The notes: generated by a model not told the origin, from the sequence alone. Positions 18,122 to 28,056 are shown, counted from the first letter of the stretch. The stretch is 64,000 nt of DNA from Dehalococcoidia bacterium (GCA_965200625.1 OZ241375.1:2226699-2290698); one strand, 5' to 3'. Translations and numbers: made by a program.

Positions 18122-19550
18122 GCAGGGGCGCCGGGTCAAGTCCGCGTGCGGCCAGAATGTCCGCCGTGACCTGCCGCGCAGTCTCATAACCGGCGTCGGT
18201 GCGCGCTTCCACGACGACGGTCAGGTAGGGCGTCGTGTTCGAGGCACGGATTACGCACCAAGCGCCGTCGGCCAGTGTGGAGAGGTCGATCCGCGCGCCG
18301 TCAATCTCATTGACCGGCCAGCGCCCGCGGACCGCGTCGACGAGGGCCGAGGCGGCAGCGTGTTTGCGTTCGTCGGGGCAGTGGATTTTGACTTCCGGCG
18401 AGATCGGATAGCGCGGCAGCCCGTCCAGAATCGGGGTGAGCGGAGTGGTCGCGGCGAGGCGGGCGAGGCGGCAGGCGGTGCGCACGGCGTCGTCGCTGAA
18501 GTGGGGCGGATCGGCGAGGCGGTAGTAGTAGTGGGTCGAGGCCTCGCCGCCGAACTCGATGCCGCGCGCCTGCATCGCGTACTTGCCGAGCGAATGTCCG
18601 ACCGGGCCAAAGACGGCTCGCCCGCCGAGCCGCTCGATGTGTTCAATCACGGCCTGAGACGTCTTGACATCGACCTGGATCTGCGCGCCGGGCCGGGCGG
18701 CGAGCCATTCCCCCGCCAACAGCGCGAGCACCTGATCGGGCCGGGCGCGGCGGCCGCGGCTGTCGACCAGACCGAGGCGGTCGCCGTCGCCATCGAACGC
18801 GAACCCGAGGTCTGCGCCTGCCTCGCGGACGAAAGCCGCCAACTGCGCGACGTTGGCGGCGTGCTGCGGATCGGCGGGATGCGGTGGGTGAGGTTCGTTG
18901 GGATCATCGTTGATGGCCTGCACGTCAGCGCCGATCGCGCGGAGCGCGGGCGCGGCGGTCAGCGCGGCTGCGCCGTTGCCGGGATCGACTGCGACAGTCA
19001 AGCGCCGCGCCAGCGGGTACTGCTCCGCCAGCTGTTGGAGATAGGGCGGCTTCGGGGCCCATTGCGAGCGTGTCCCTGCCGAATGGCGCTCTGTGCGCCC
19101 GCGTTCGATGCGGTCGGCGACGGCCTGGATGGACTCGGGCAGCAGCGGCATCCCGCCGGCCTCGAGCAGTTTGACGCCGTTGTCCTCCGGCGGATTGTGC
19201 GAGGCGGTGATTACGACGCCCCCGGTCGGCTGCGCCGGCGACAGCCTCGCCGCCGCCCAATAGACCAGCGGCGAGGGCGCGCGGCCCAGCGCGATCACGT
19301 CCAGCCCGCCGTCGAGCATCCCCTCGGACGCGGCCTCCATCAGCGACGCTGTGGTTGGGCGTTGATCGCCGCCGATCACCGCCCGTCGGACTGCCCGTTG
19401 GACGGTGTGGCGGACAGGTTGGAGATAGTCGGCGTAGGCGCGGCCGATCTGGTAGGCGAGCGCGGCGGTCAGGGGCGCGCCTGGGCCGTCGGCGCGGCCG
19501 CGGATGTCGTAGGCGCGGAAGATGTCGCGGGGGATCGGGGGCGCGCTCAT
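18099..19550 (-). CDS. Phosphomannomutase/phosphoglucomutase (alpha-D-phosphohexomutase), paralog 1.
   Basis: GGVVITASHNPPEDNGVK active-site serine loop, FDGDGDRLGLVD metal-binding loop and all four phosphohexomutase domains. Confidence 0.85.
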   Translation of the reverse strand: MSAPPIPRDIFRAYDIRGRADGPGAPLTAALAYQIGRAYADYLQPVRHTVQRAVRRAVIGGDQRPTTASLMEAASEGMLDGGLDVIALGRAPSPLVYWAAARLSPAQPTGGVVITASHNPPEDNGVKLLEAGGMPLLPESIQAVADRIERGRTERHSAGTRSQWAPKPPYLQQLAEQYPLARRLTVAVDPGNGAAALTAAPALRAIGADVQAINDDPNEPHPPHPADPQHAANVAQLAAFVREAGADLGFAFDGDGDRLGLVDSRGRRARPDQVLALLAGEWLAARPGAQIQVDVKTSQAVIEHIERLGGRAVFGPVGHSLGKYAMQARGIEFGGEASTHYYYRLADPPHFSDDAVRTACRLARLAATTPLTPILDGLPRYPISPEVKIHCPDERKHAAASALVDAVRGRWPVNEIDGARIDLSTLADGAWCVIRASNTTPYLTVVVEARTDAGYETARQVTADILAARGLDPAPLLNQPPLD

Positions 19551-20250
19551 CGATCAGTACCCTACGCCCATGCCGCTCGAAATCTCCGCCATCGATCGCC
19601 AACGCACGCTGTTCCGCTTCCTGACCAAGTCGGCGCGCAAGGGCGAGCAGGCGGACGCGGCGGCGGCCCGGAGCCGACTGTCATTGTCGGCGGACAGCGT
19701 CGCGCTGGCGGAGATCGCCGACGGGATGCAGGCGAGAGTAGCGGCGCTGGATTCGGATGCGCCCGATCTGCGCGGGATGCTGGGCGGCGCGTCGGCGGAC
19801 GAGCTTGCCGCGATGCAGGCGTTCGATTGGGTCCCGGTGGGCATCTATGCGTTCGGGCTGCCGCCGACCAAGACGCGCTCCGGCACGGACGAGAGCGCCG
19901 CGCACCGCGCCCTGAAGGAGTGGGCGGCGGCGAATGGGGAAGCGTTGGGCGCACCCGCGGACGCGGTCGGCGTGACGGAGCGTTGGTTTCCCTCCGGCGA
20001 TGAGGCGGACGCCGCGTTTGTCGGAGAGGGTGAGACGCTCATCGTCGAGGTACGCCCGGCGGGCGCGGAGCCGCATGAACTGCAACAGGCGCTGTTCCGG
20101 CTGGCGGGGATGCGGGCGGTGCGCGAGGCGGAGCTCTCGCTGGACGGTCGCCGTGACATCGTGCGGGTGACATTGGTGTTGGCGGAAGAGCCGCCGGCCG
20201 CGACGCGCGAGTTGGCCGAGGCGCTGCACGTCGCCATCGTGGTCAAATGA
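19522..20250 (+). CDS. Hypothetical protein (no recognised domain), sandwiched between the two phosphohexomutase paralogs.
   Basis: 242 aa ORF exactly filling the 690-bp gap between the two minus-strand genes. Composition is balanced and coding-like. The competing ORFs in this interval are Arg/Gly-rich artefacts. Confidence 0.5.
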   Translation: MSRGIGGALIDQYPTPMPLEISAIDRQRTLFRFLTKSARKGEQADAAAARSRLSLSADSVALAEIADGMQARVAALDSDAPDLRGMLGGASADELAAMQAFDWVPVGIYAFGLPPTKTRSGTDESAAHRALKEWAAANGEALGAPADAVGVTERWFPSGDEADAAFVGEGETLIVEVRPAGAEPHELQQALFRLAGMRAVREAELSLDGRRDIVRVTLVLAEEPPAATRELAEALHVAIVVK

Positions 20251-21694
20251 GCGGCTGCGGACCGATCGTCGGCGGGTCGTCCAGCTGCTCGACGCCGCTG
20301 ACCTGTGGAAGACGCGCGAGCGCGGTCTGGAGCTGTTCAGCCAGACGGCGGTAGGCGGCTTCGTCCCGCGCCTCGAAGCGCAGGCTGAGCGCGGGCGCGG
20401 TGTTGGAGGCGCGGGCGTGCAGCCAGCCGTCGGGCAGAGTGACGCGCGCGCCGTCGCTGCGATCCAGTACAGCGTCGGGATGGCGCTCGGCGAACCAGTC
20501 GCCGATCTGCTCGGCGACGCTGACTTTCAATTTGTCCCCGCAGGGCAAGCGGAGTTCCGGTGAGATCGGACGCGGTTCGAGCTCCGCCATTGCTTCCGCC
20601 AGCGTGCGCTCCCGCTCTGAGAGGTAAGCGAGCAATGCGCAGGCGGCGTAGACGCCGTCGTCGATCCAGGGGGCGTGCTCGCCGGCGCGGTAGTCGGGGC
20701 CGAACATGATGTGGCCGCTGGTTTCGCCGCCGAAGGCCATGCGCCGCTCGCGCATCGTGCGGCGGAAGAATGAGTAGCCGGTGCGGGCGGTGACAGGCAT
20801 GCCGCCGCGCTGACGGATTTCGTCGATCACGCTGCTGCTCGTCTTCAGGTCGAGCAGGATCTCGCTGCCCGGCCGCCGCGCCAGCAGCGGTCGGGCGAGC
20901 ACGGCGGTCAGCCAGTCGGCTTCATAGCGGCGGCCGAGATGGTCAAGCACGCCAATGCGATCGCCGTCGCCGTCCCAGGCGATGCCCAAGTCAGCCTGCA
21001 ACGCGCCGGTGGCGCGCGCCAGTTCGCGCATGGTCTCGGGATTCTGTGGGTCAGCGGAGAGCGCCGGCGCAGGGCGCGGAGTCGAGCGGATCGCGTGCAG
21101 CCGCGCGCCGAGCGCGAGCAGCGCTCGCGGCGCGGTCAGCGCGGCGACGCCGTTGCCCGGGTCGATGGCGACGGAGAGGCCAGCGGCGCCGCCGCGGAAG
21201 CGCTGATCGATCAGTTCGAGGTACGGCTCGAGGGCGTCGATGTCCGCTCGTGCACCGCTTGCCGCTGCCGTTTTCGGCGGGGACTGGGCCAGCGCGGCGA
21301 TTGCGGCGATCGCGTCCGGCATCAGCGGCTCGGCCGATTCGGCGAGCAGCTTGAAGCCGTTGTACTCGGGCGGATTGTGGCTGGCGGTAATGATCAGCCC
21401 GCCGCCCAAGCCGAGCCGATCGACCGTCCAGCCGATCACCGGCGTCGGCGCGAGCCCGGCCGCGTGGACGTTGACTCCCGCCCGCCGCAAACCGTCAATC
21501 GCCGCCTCATAGAGCGCCGGCGAGCTGGCCCGCGCGTCATGCCCGACGGCGGCGCTGTCCGCTCCGCGCTCGCCGAGCCAGCGGCCAAACGCCAGGCCGA
21601 TGCGCTCGGCTACCGACTCGTCGATCTGATCCGGCGTCGTACCGCGGATGTCGTAGGCGCGGACGATCGCGGGCGGGAGCTCACCGGTCGGCAT
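20243..21694 (-). CDS. Phosphomannomutase/phosphoglucomutase (alpha-D-phosphohexomutase), paralog 2.
   Basis: GGLIITASHNPPEYNGFK and WDGDGDRIGVLD motifs. Confidence 0.85.
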   Translation of the reverse strand: MPTGELPPAIVRAYDIRGTTPDQIDESVAERIGLAFGRWLGERGADSAAVGHDARASSPALYEAAIDGLRRAGVNVHAAGLAPTPVIGWTVDRLGLGGGLIITASHNPPEYNGFKLLAESAEPLMPDAIAAIAALAQSPPKTAAASGARADIDALEPYLELIDQRFRGGAAGLSVAIDPGNGVAALTAPRALLALGARLHAIRSTPRPAPALSADPQNPETMRELARATGALQADLGIAWDGDGDRIGVLDHLGRRYEADWLTAVLARPLLARRPGSEILLDLKTSSSVIDEIRQRGGMPVTARTGYSFFRRTMRERRMAFGGETSGHIMFGPDYRAGEHAPWIDDGVYAACALLAYLSERERTLAEAMAELEPRPISPELRLPCGDKLKVSVAEQIGDWFAERHPDAVLDRSDGARVTLPDGWLHARASNTAPALSLRFEARDEAAYRRLAEQLQTALARLPQVSGVEQLDDPPTIGPQPLI

Positions 21695-21742
21695 GAATCC
21701 ACTCTAATCTGAGCGCGTTGGGCGATTGAGAGGCGGCGGGGG

Positions 21743-23071
21743 ATGGCGTCGCGGTTTGGCCGCAACGACTGGGAAGCGGTGTTGCACCGCTGGACGGAGG
21801 CGGAACTGTTCGACGCCGAGACCGCCGCCGCGGTGCGCGCCTGGGAAGCGGAGCGCGAGGCGCAGGCATCGGCGGGCCGTCTGGTTGATTCGCTGTCGTA
21901 TCTGGGCGTCTCGATCGTCCTCGTCGGCGCGCTGCTGGCGGTCGGGCTGATGGATTCCAGCGAGCTCGGGACAATCGTTCTGCCCCTCCTCATCGGGCTG
22001 GCCGCCGCCTTGCTGGCGCGCATCGCCTGGCGCTCCGGGCTCCAGGCGCTGGCGGACGGCTTTGCGGCGAGCGGCGTCATCCTGCTGACGTTGGCGCTGG
22101 GGTTCGGCCTCGAGCGCGTTGACGACAGCGGCGGACAGTATGCGATCGGGTTCTTCCTGATCTGCCTCTGCGCGCTGCTCGTCGGCGGCGGGCTGGCGCG
22201 TCTGGCGCGTTCCCGACTCGCGGCCTTCCTGGCCGCCGTCGCCCTCTGTCTGATGCCGTTTTCGATCGCGGCGGACGACAACGCGCTGAACGTCCTCCGC
22301 TACGGAGGCGCGGGCGACTGGAGCGTCGGCTGGGAGTTGTGGGGGACGCTCGCGGCGGTCGTTGTGGTGGGTCTCGCCGCGCAGATCGCGATGCTGCGCC
22401 CGAGCCGCCTGCTCGACGCGGACGCCGCGCCCTGGGCGCGGCTCGGCGCGTCGCTGGCGACCGGCGGCGCGATTCTGTGGTTGGCCGAGTCGTCGCCCGA
22501 GGCGGCCCTCGACTGGATGTCGCTGCTCGCCGGTTGGCTCGTGACCGTGCTCGCCTTTCGCCAGAATCGGTTCGAGCTATTGCCGGCGTCGGCGTTGCTT
22601 CTGCTCGGTGCGCTCGTCGGCGGGCTCTCCGATCTCGACAGCGAGCTGCATCTCGGACTGACGGTCGTAGTGCTCTTCACGGCGCTGCAGGTGACGATCG
22701 TCGGCATGGCCGGCCCGCAGCTGCTGGGCGCGTTGGCCGAGCACTGGCTGCTGCCCTTCTGGCAGGCGGCGCTGCTGACAGGCGGTGTGGTCGCCGTGTC
22801 GATCCTCGCTGCCGACCACGCCGGGCTCGCCGCAATCGGGATCATCTGGGGACTCTTCCTGCTCGTCGCGGGAGTAGTCCGCCGCCAGCGCCTCGAGCTC
22901 TGCTTCGGCGCGGCGGGCGTCTACGGCACCGGCCTGGCGCTGATCCTCGGGCACCTGGAATCCAGCCTCGGCGCGGTGATCGCCACGCTCGCGCTGGGCC
23001 TGCTGATCGTCGCGGGCGCGATCATCTGGCGGCGGCAGCGCGGCGCGACCGTGGTCGAGGGCGCGTCATAG
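21743..23071 (+). CDS. Polytopic membrane protein of unknown function, paralog A. It has an N-terminal soluble helical domain.
   Basis: N-terminus NDWEAVLHRWTEAELFDAETAAAVRAWEAEREA followed by ~10 hydrophobic segments, and the C-terminus ends IIWRRQRGATVVEG. Confidence 0.7.
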   Translation: MASRFGRNDWEAVLHRWTEAELFDAETAAAVRAWEAEREAQASAGRLVDSLSYLGVSIVLVGALLAVGLMDSSELGTIVLPLLIGLAAALLARIAWRSGLQALADGFAASGVILLTLALGFGLERVDDSGGQYAIGFFLICLCALLVGGGLARLARSRLAAFLAAVALCLMPFSIAADDNALNVLRYGGAGDWSVGWELWGTLAAVVVVGLAAQIAMLRPSRLLDADAAPWARLGASLATGGAILWLAESSPEAALDWMSLLAGWLVTVLAFRQNRFELLPASALLLLGALVGGLSDLDSELHLGLTVVVLFTALQVTIVGMAGPQLLGALAEHWLLPFWQAALLTGGVVAVSILAADHAGLAAIGIIWGLFLLVAGVVRRQRLELCFGAAGVYGTGLALILGHLESSLGAVIATLALGLLIVAGAIIWRRQRGATVVEGAS

Positions 23072-23086
23072 CGGGTTGGGCATAAG

Positions 23087-24427
23087 GTGGAGTCGATGGC
23101 AGCGAACGAGCGGGACAAGCGGAACGAGTGGGACGCGGCGCTGGAGCGCTGGCGCGAGGCGGGCTTCGTCGAGGCGGAGACGGACGCAGCAATCCGCGAC
23201 TGGGAAGCGGCGCGCGGCGCAAAACCAGCCCCGCGAGGGCGCGGAGCCGTGGCGCTCTCCTACGTCGGCGTTTCGATCCTCCTGATCGGTCTGTTCACGC
23301 TGAATGAGCGGGTCGTAGACGGGCGCCCCGCCTGGATGGCGCTGCCGTTCGGGCTCGCGCTGGTCAGCGCGGCGCTGGCCTGGTGGAGCCGCCGGGCGGT
23401 GCTGGCCGAGCTCTCGGACTGCTTGGCCATCGTCACGATCATCATGGCGGCGGTGGGCGTGCTCGCGTTGCTTGATGAGGTCGGCGGCGGGGCGTTGGCG
23501 ATCGTCACGTTGGCGCTCAGTTTCTGCACCGTGCTGGTTGGCTCAGGGATGGCGTGGCTGGCGCGCTCGCCGCGGGCGGCCTTGCTGGCCGCGCTGGCCC
23601 TGACGGCGCTGCCGCTGGTGTTTGTAGTCGAGGGCGATGCGTTTGAGCTGGAGGCGCTCGACGACGGCGTGCAGGCGCTTGCCGGCTGGGTGCTGTGGGG
23701 CGCGTTCGCGGCAACGCTGGCGTTGGGCGGCGGCGCAATGTTCCTGCTGGAACGCCTCCAGCGGCTGGAGGCTGGGCTGCGGCAGTGGGCTCGGCTCGGG
23801 GCGTCCTTGGGAACCGCGTTTGCGATTCTGGCGCTGGCCAGTGTGGCTGGAGGACCGGCAATCGACTGGTTGGCGCTGTTGCTGAGTTGGATCCTCGCGG
23901 TCTGGGCTGTGCGCCGCGGGCAGGCGGAGCTGCTGCCAGCAGCGGGCTTGCTGTTGCTGGGCGCGCTGGTCGGCGGCTTGTCCGATCTGGACAGCGGCGC
24001 GCGGCTGGGGCTGACGATTGCCGCGCTGATCACGGCCCTGCAGCTGACTGCCCTGGAGCGGATTGGCCCGCGCATTCTGGACCGTCTCGGCGACGATTGG
24101 CTGACGCGGTGCTGGGAAGCGGCGCTGCTCGTTGGCGGCCTCGTCGGGGCGGTGTTCCTGGCGGAGCGCAGTCTGGAGCTGGCGAGCGTCGCGGTCGTCT
24201 GGGCGGTCGCGCTGCTGGTCGCGGGGGCGCTGCGGCAGCGCTGGCTGGAAGTCCTCCTCGGCGTGGCCAGCGTCTACGCCGTCGGGTTCACGCTCCTGAT
24301 CGCTCAGTTCGAGTCCGGGCTCGGTGAGGTGCTGGGCGTGCTGTTCGTCGGTTTGCTGGCGGTGGTGGGCGCGATCATCTGGCGGCGGCGGCAGCGCGGT
24401 TTGACACTGGTTACGGGTGACGCATAG
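23087..24427 (+). CDS. Polytopic membrane protein of unknown function, paralog B (tandem duplicate of 21743..23071).
   Basis: N-terminus NEWDAALERWREAGFVEAETDAAIRDWEAARGA and C-terminus IIWRRRQRGLTLVTG mirror the upstream paralog. Shared internal motifs include LLLGALVGGLSDLDS. Confidence 0.7.
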   Translation: MESMAANERDKRNEWDAALERWREAGFVEAETDAAIRDWEAARGAKPAPRGRGAVALSYVGVSILLIGLFTLNERVVDGRPAWMALPFGLALVSAALAWWSRRAVLAELSDCLAIVTIIMAAVGVLALLDEVGGGALAIVTLALSFCTVLVGSGMAWLARSPRAALLAALALTALPLVFVVEGDAFELEALDDGVQALAGWVLWGAFAATLALGGGAMFLLERLQRLEAGLRQWARLGASLGTAFAILALASVAGGPAIDWLALLLSWILAVWAVRRGQAELLPAAGLLLLGALVGGLSDLDSGARLGLTIAALITALQLTALERIGPRILDRLGDDWLTRCWEAALLVGGLVGAVFLAERSLELASVAVVWAVALLVAGALRQRWLEVLLGVASVYAVGFTLLIAQFESGLGEVLGVLFVGLLAVVGAIIWRRRQRGLTLVTGDA

Positions 24428-24493
24428 CCTTGCAACGTGCGTCCGCAGGTTGAGCGGGCTGATCTGCGAGTACATTCTCCTGGAGGGATCCGG

Positions 24494-25279
24494 ATGGAAG
24501 ACAAGACGATTTCGCTCGTCAACGGCCGCTTCAACGTGGGCTACATGGAGGCCGGCTCGGGACCCGACCTGCTCTTCATCCACGGCGCCGGCGGACTGAT
24601 CTGGGACCCCTTCCTCGAGCAGCTCTCGCAGCACCACCGCGTGCTCGCGCCGAAGCTGCCAGGCACCGCCAACTCGACCGGCGTCGAGTGGCTGATGGAT
24701 CACCACGACGTCTTCTACTTCTACTGGGACTTCCTCGACGCGCTGGGCGTGGACGAGGTGATCGTGGTCGGGCACTCGATGGGCGGCTGGTTCGCGGCGG
24801 AGGTCGCGGCGATGCAGCCGGGCCGCGTCGCCAAGCTCGTCCTGATCGCCCCGGCCGGCCTCTGGAACGATGACTATCCGGTCGTCGACTTCTTTGCGAT
24901 GCTGCCGAACGAGCTGATCCCGGCGCTGTTCCACGACACCAACCATCCCGGCGCGCAGATGATGACCGCGCCGCCGCCCGAGGACCCGGACGTGCTGCGC
25001 ACCGTCACGGTGGAGCGCGCCAAGATGCTCCAGACCGCCGCCCGCTTCATGTGGCCGATTCCGGACAAGCGCCTCTCTGAGCGCATCCACCGCGTCACCT
25101 CTCCGACGCTGATCGTCTGGGGCGCGTCCGACGGCCTGATTCCGCCGCAGTACGCCGAGGACTTCAACAACGCGATCCCGAACTCGGAGGTCGCCATGTT
25201 CAACGCCTCCGGGCACATGCCGCAGGTCGAGGAGCCCGAAGCGCTGCTCCAGAAGCTGGGCGAATTCCTCAGCGCCTGA
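24494..25279 (+). CDS. Alpha/beta hydrolase fold protein.
   Basis: LLFIHGAGG and VVGHSMGGWFA (GxSxG nucleophile elbow). A GGAGGG RBS precedes ATG 24494; the ORF-track start at 24437 lies upstream of it. Confidence 0.8.
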   Translation: MEDKTISLVNGRFNVGYMEAGSGPDLLFIHGAGGLIWDPFLEQLSQHHRVLAPKLPGTANSTGVEWLMDHHDVFYFYWDFLDALGVDEVIVVGHSMGGWFAAEVAAMQPGRVAKLVLIAPAGLWNDDYPVVDFFAMLPNELIPALFHDTNHPGAQMMTAPPPEDPDVLRTVTVERAKMLQTAARFMWPIPDKRLSERIHRVTSPTLIVWGASDGLIPPQYAEDFNNAIPNSEVAMFNASGHMPQVEEPEALLQKLGEFLSA

Positions 25280-25310
25280 CGCTTGCTCCCTGCCGCTTGC
25301 TTCCCGGCGC

Positions 25311-26408
25311 ATGGCCTCGCGGAGCGGTCTCGACGCGCCGGCGGCGGCGCATTACCGCGATGTCTTTCATCGCTTCGCGCGGGTGGAATCGCCCGACCTC
25401 GCGTCGCCGATGTATGCCGAGCTGGCGTACGGCGTCTCGCTGGACGCGGAACTGCTGGCGCTCGCGTCGCAGAAACGCAAGCGTCAGCCAGCGCCAAACA
25501 TGCTCTTCGCCGCCGTCCAGTACCTGCTGCTCGGCGGCGGCGCGGCGGCCCGGCATCCGTTGGCCGCGCACTACCCGATCGTCTCAGGAGCAGAGCGGCC
25601 GATGGCCCCTGCGTTCCCGGCCTTCCGCGACTTCTGTCTCGCCCACCGCGAGGAGATTCTGGCGCTGATCCGCGCGCGCCGCACGCAGACCAACGTCGTC
25701 CGCCGCTGCACCTGTCTGCTGCCGGCGTTTTCGATGGTCCAGCGGGAATCGGGCCAGCCGCTGGCGCTGATCGACGTCGGCGCGAGCGCCGGGCTGAATC
25801 TGAATGTGGATCGCTACCGCTACCGCTATCTGCGCGGCGGTCGGGAAGAAGCGCGCTGGGGCCGGGACGACGCGCCGGTAACGCTGGAGGCCGAACTGCG
25901 CGGCGGCGGCGCGATGCCGCCGCTGGCGGATACGCTGGTGGTCAGCTACCGCGCCGGCGTCGACCTCAACCCGATCGACCTGCGCGACGAGGATCAGCTG
26001 CGCTGGCTCCGGGCGCTGATCTGGCCCGAGCATGTGGAACGGCATCAACGCCTGATCGACGCGGCGGCCGAGTTGAGCGCATCGCCGGTCGATCTGCGCG
26101 AAGGCGACGCCGTGCAGCTGCTGCCGCAGCTGATTGATGACGCGCCGGATGACGCGGCTCTGACCTTCTACTCAACAGTCGCCATCTACCAAATCCCCGC
26201 CGCCTTCCGCGAACAGATGTTCCAGACCCTGGCCGCGGCCAGCACGGAGCGCCCGGTCTGGCTGGTCACGCTGGAGCTGTACCTGGAAAACATCGACGAT
26301 CCGCAAATGCCAAGTCTGTCAATCACCCGCTTCCGCAACGGCGAGCAAAGCCGCCAGCGCCTCGCCCAAGCATCCCCGCACGGCTGGTGGATTGCGTGGG
26401 TTGAGTGA
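25311..26408 (+). CDS. DUF2332-like protein. The family assignment is tentative.
   Basis: 365 aa coding-like ORF with LIDVGASAGLNLNVDRYRY. Assignment rests on remembered family features only. Confidence 0.5.
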   Translation: MASRSGLDAPAAAHYRDVFHRFARVESPDLASPMYAELAYGVSLDAELLALASQKRKRQPAPNMLFAAVQYLLLGGGAAARHPLAAHYPIVSGAERPMAPAFPAFRDFCLAHREEILALIRARRTQTNVVRRCTCLLPAFSMVQRESGQPLALIDVGASAGLNLNVDRYRYRYLRGGREEARWGRDDAPVTLEAELRGGGAMPPLADTLVVSYRAGVDLNPIDLRDEDQLRWLRALIWPEHVERHQRLIDAAAELSASPVDLREGDAVQLLPQLIDDAPDDAALTFYSTVAIYQIPAAFREQMFQTLAAASTERPVWLVTLELYLENIDDPQMPSLSITRFRNGEQSRQRLAQASPHGWWIAWVE

Positions 26409-26426
26409 CGCCGTGCAGAATCGGGT

Positions 26427-26780
26427 CTAGCCGGTTCTCCGGATCCGAATTCGATTGCGAGTAACGACGATGATGCACCGTTCTTCGATCTCCGTTGGAT
26501 AATGTTCCAGAAGCTCACGCATGGCTTCGACCTTTTCATTGACCGTCATGTTGGTAAAGCGAATGATGCCGGAGTGTGGCAGGCGGCGAACGAACACGAG
26601 CTCGCCGAAGTCCTTGTCTTCTGTGATGATGACTCGCTGATTCGCTTGGGCGAACTCCAGCAGCTCTGCGTCGGTCGCCCGCGGGTCGAGCTCGAGGGCT
26701 GAGAGCAGGTCATGTCCGTGGGACCGCAACGCCAACTGCAGGCTCCGTGAGGAGGCGCAGACGTCAAGCAAGAATCTCAC
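26427..26780 (-). CDS. DUF5615 (PIN-like / Mut7-C-like) putative toxin.
   Basis: MRFLLDVCAS...VIITEDKDFGELVF is typical of DUF5615. It overlaps the upstream DUF433 gene by 4 nt (ATGA). Local GC is reduced. Confidence 0.7.
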   Translation of the reverse strand: MRFLLDVCASSRSLQLALRSHGHDLLSALELDPRATDAELLEFAQANQRVIITEDKDFGELVFVRRLPHSGIIRFTNMTVNEKVEAMRELLEHYPTEIEERCIIVVTRNRIRIRRTG

Positions 26781-27028
26781 TGCCGACTGGTGAGCACGCG
26801 GTCGTGGATGTCCTCACCGGCGATAGAGCGATGCGCGAACAAAAGGCAGGCCTGGATGTCTGCGGATTCGAGGAACGGGTACTCGCTCAGGATCGTCTCC
26901 GTCGAGTCACCCGCTGCAAGCATGGCGAGCACGTGTTCCACAGCGATCCGCAGCCCGCGGATGATCGGCTTGCCGCCGAACACGTCGGGGCGGACGACGA
27001 TGCGGTCAAGCAACTCCGCTTCTGGCAT
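26777..27028 (-). CDS. DUF433 putative antitoxin.
   Basis: MPEAELLDRIVVRPDVFGGKPIIRGLRIAVEHVLAMLAAGDSTETILSEYPFLESADIQACLLFAH is the canonical DUF433 sequence. The ORF-track start at 27331 is upstream Arg-rich junk; the ATG at 27028 fits. Confidence 0.7.
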   Translation of the reverse strand: MPEAELLDRIVVRPDVFGGKPIIRGLRIAVEHVLAMLAAGDSTETILSEYPFLESADIQACLLFAHRSIAGEDIHDRVLTSRQ

Positions 27029-27048
27029 AGCTGCTGCCTGCTTCGCGC

Positions 27049-28056
27049 CTAGCCCTTGAGCGCTTCGAGGATGTTGGCGAACTCGTTGGGGTCGCTTTCC
27101 ATTACGTTGACGCTGTGCAGCAGGGCGCCGGCGGCCTGCTCCCGCTCGAGGCGCTCGACGCACTCCTCGGTCGTGCCGACGAAGCCGAACTGCTCCAGCA
27201 TCTCGCCGGGGATCGACTGCGCCGCCGCGCCGCCGCCGCCTTCCTTCCAGGCGAGGCGGGCGGCGTTGGCCTCGTCCTCGTAGCCCTGGCGCGAGAGCTG
27301 GCGGTAGTAGAACTCGCCCATCCGCGCGCAATAGAAGGCGAGCGTGCCGGCCTGCCCGGCGCGGGCGCGGGCCTGCGCCTCGGGCGTGTTGGCGACCGTG
27401 ACCCCGCCCGGCGCGCGGACGGTGAAGTCGGCCGGGTCCTTGCCCGCCTCACGCACCCAGTCGTTGACCTGCTCGATTTCCTCTTGCAGGCGGTCAATGG
27501 GGATCATGATCGGTAGCCAGCCTTCGGAGATTTCGGCGGTCATCTTGACCGACTTGGGGTTCAGGGTGGCCAGATAGATCGGCAGCTGCTTGCGGTAGGG
27601 CTCGAAGCGGAGGGTGAAGCCGCGCTGCAGCTTGAACAGCTCGCCGTCGTAGCGGAGCGGTTCGTGCGAGAAGAGGATCTTCATGATCTCGACGGTCTCG
27701 CGCATCCGCTTGAAGGCGGGCTGGAAGGGGACGCCGTGGAAGTGCTCGATCACCTGCGGCCCGGAGTTGCCCAGCCCGACGATCACGCGGCCTTCGGAGA
27801 TATCGTCGATGGTGGCGAAGTGCTGCGCCAGCGCGGCGGGCGTGCGCGAGTAGATGTTGACGATGCCGGTCGCGACCTGGACATTCTGCGTGCGCTCGGC
27901 GAGCTGGACGAGAGTGGTGAAGGCGTCCTGGCCCCAGGCCTCGGCGACCCAGAGCGAGTCGATGCCGACTTCGTCCGCGATCTGCGCGCGCTGCAGCGCA
28001 GTCTCGCGGTTCATCGATCCCTGCCAGTCAAATCCCATGCCAATGCGTCGGCTCAT
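27049..28056 (-). CDS. LLM-class F420-dependent oxidoreductase.
   Basis: GMGFDWQGS...IDSLWVAEAWGQDAFTTL...GLGNSGPQV pattern of F420-dependent luciferase-like oxidoreductases. Confidence 0.8.
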   Translation of the reverse strand: MSRRIGMGFDWQGSMNRETALQRAQIADEVGIDSLWVAEAWGQDAFTTLVQLAERTQNVQVATGIVNIYSRTPAALAQHFATIDDISEGRVIVGLGNSGPQVIEHFHGVPFQPAFKRMRETVEIMKILFSHEPLRYDGELFKLQRGFTLRFEPYRKQLPIYLATLNPKSVKMTAEISEGWLPIMIPIDRLQEEIEQVNDWVREAGKDPADFTVRAPGGVTVANTPEAQARARAGQAGTLAFYCARMGEFYYRQLSRQGYEDEANAARLAWKEGGGGAAAQSIPGEMLEQFGFVGTTEECVERLEREQAAGALLHSVNVMESDPNEFANILEALKG

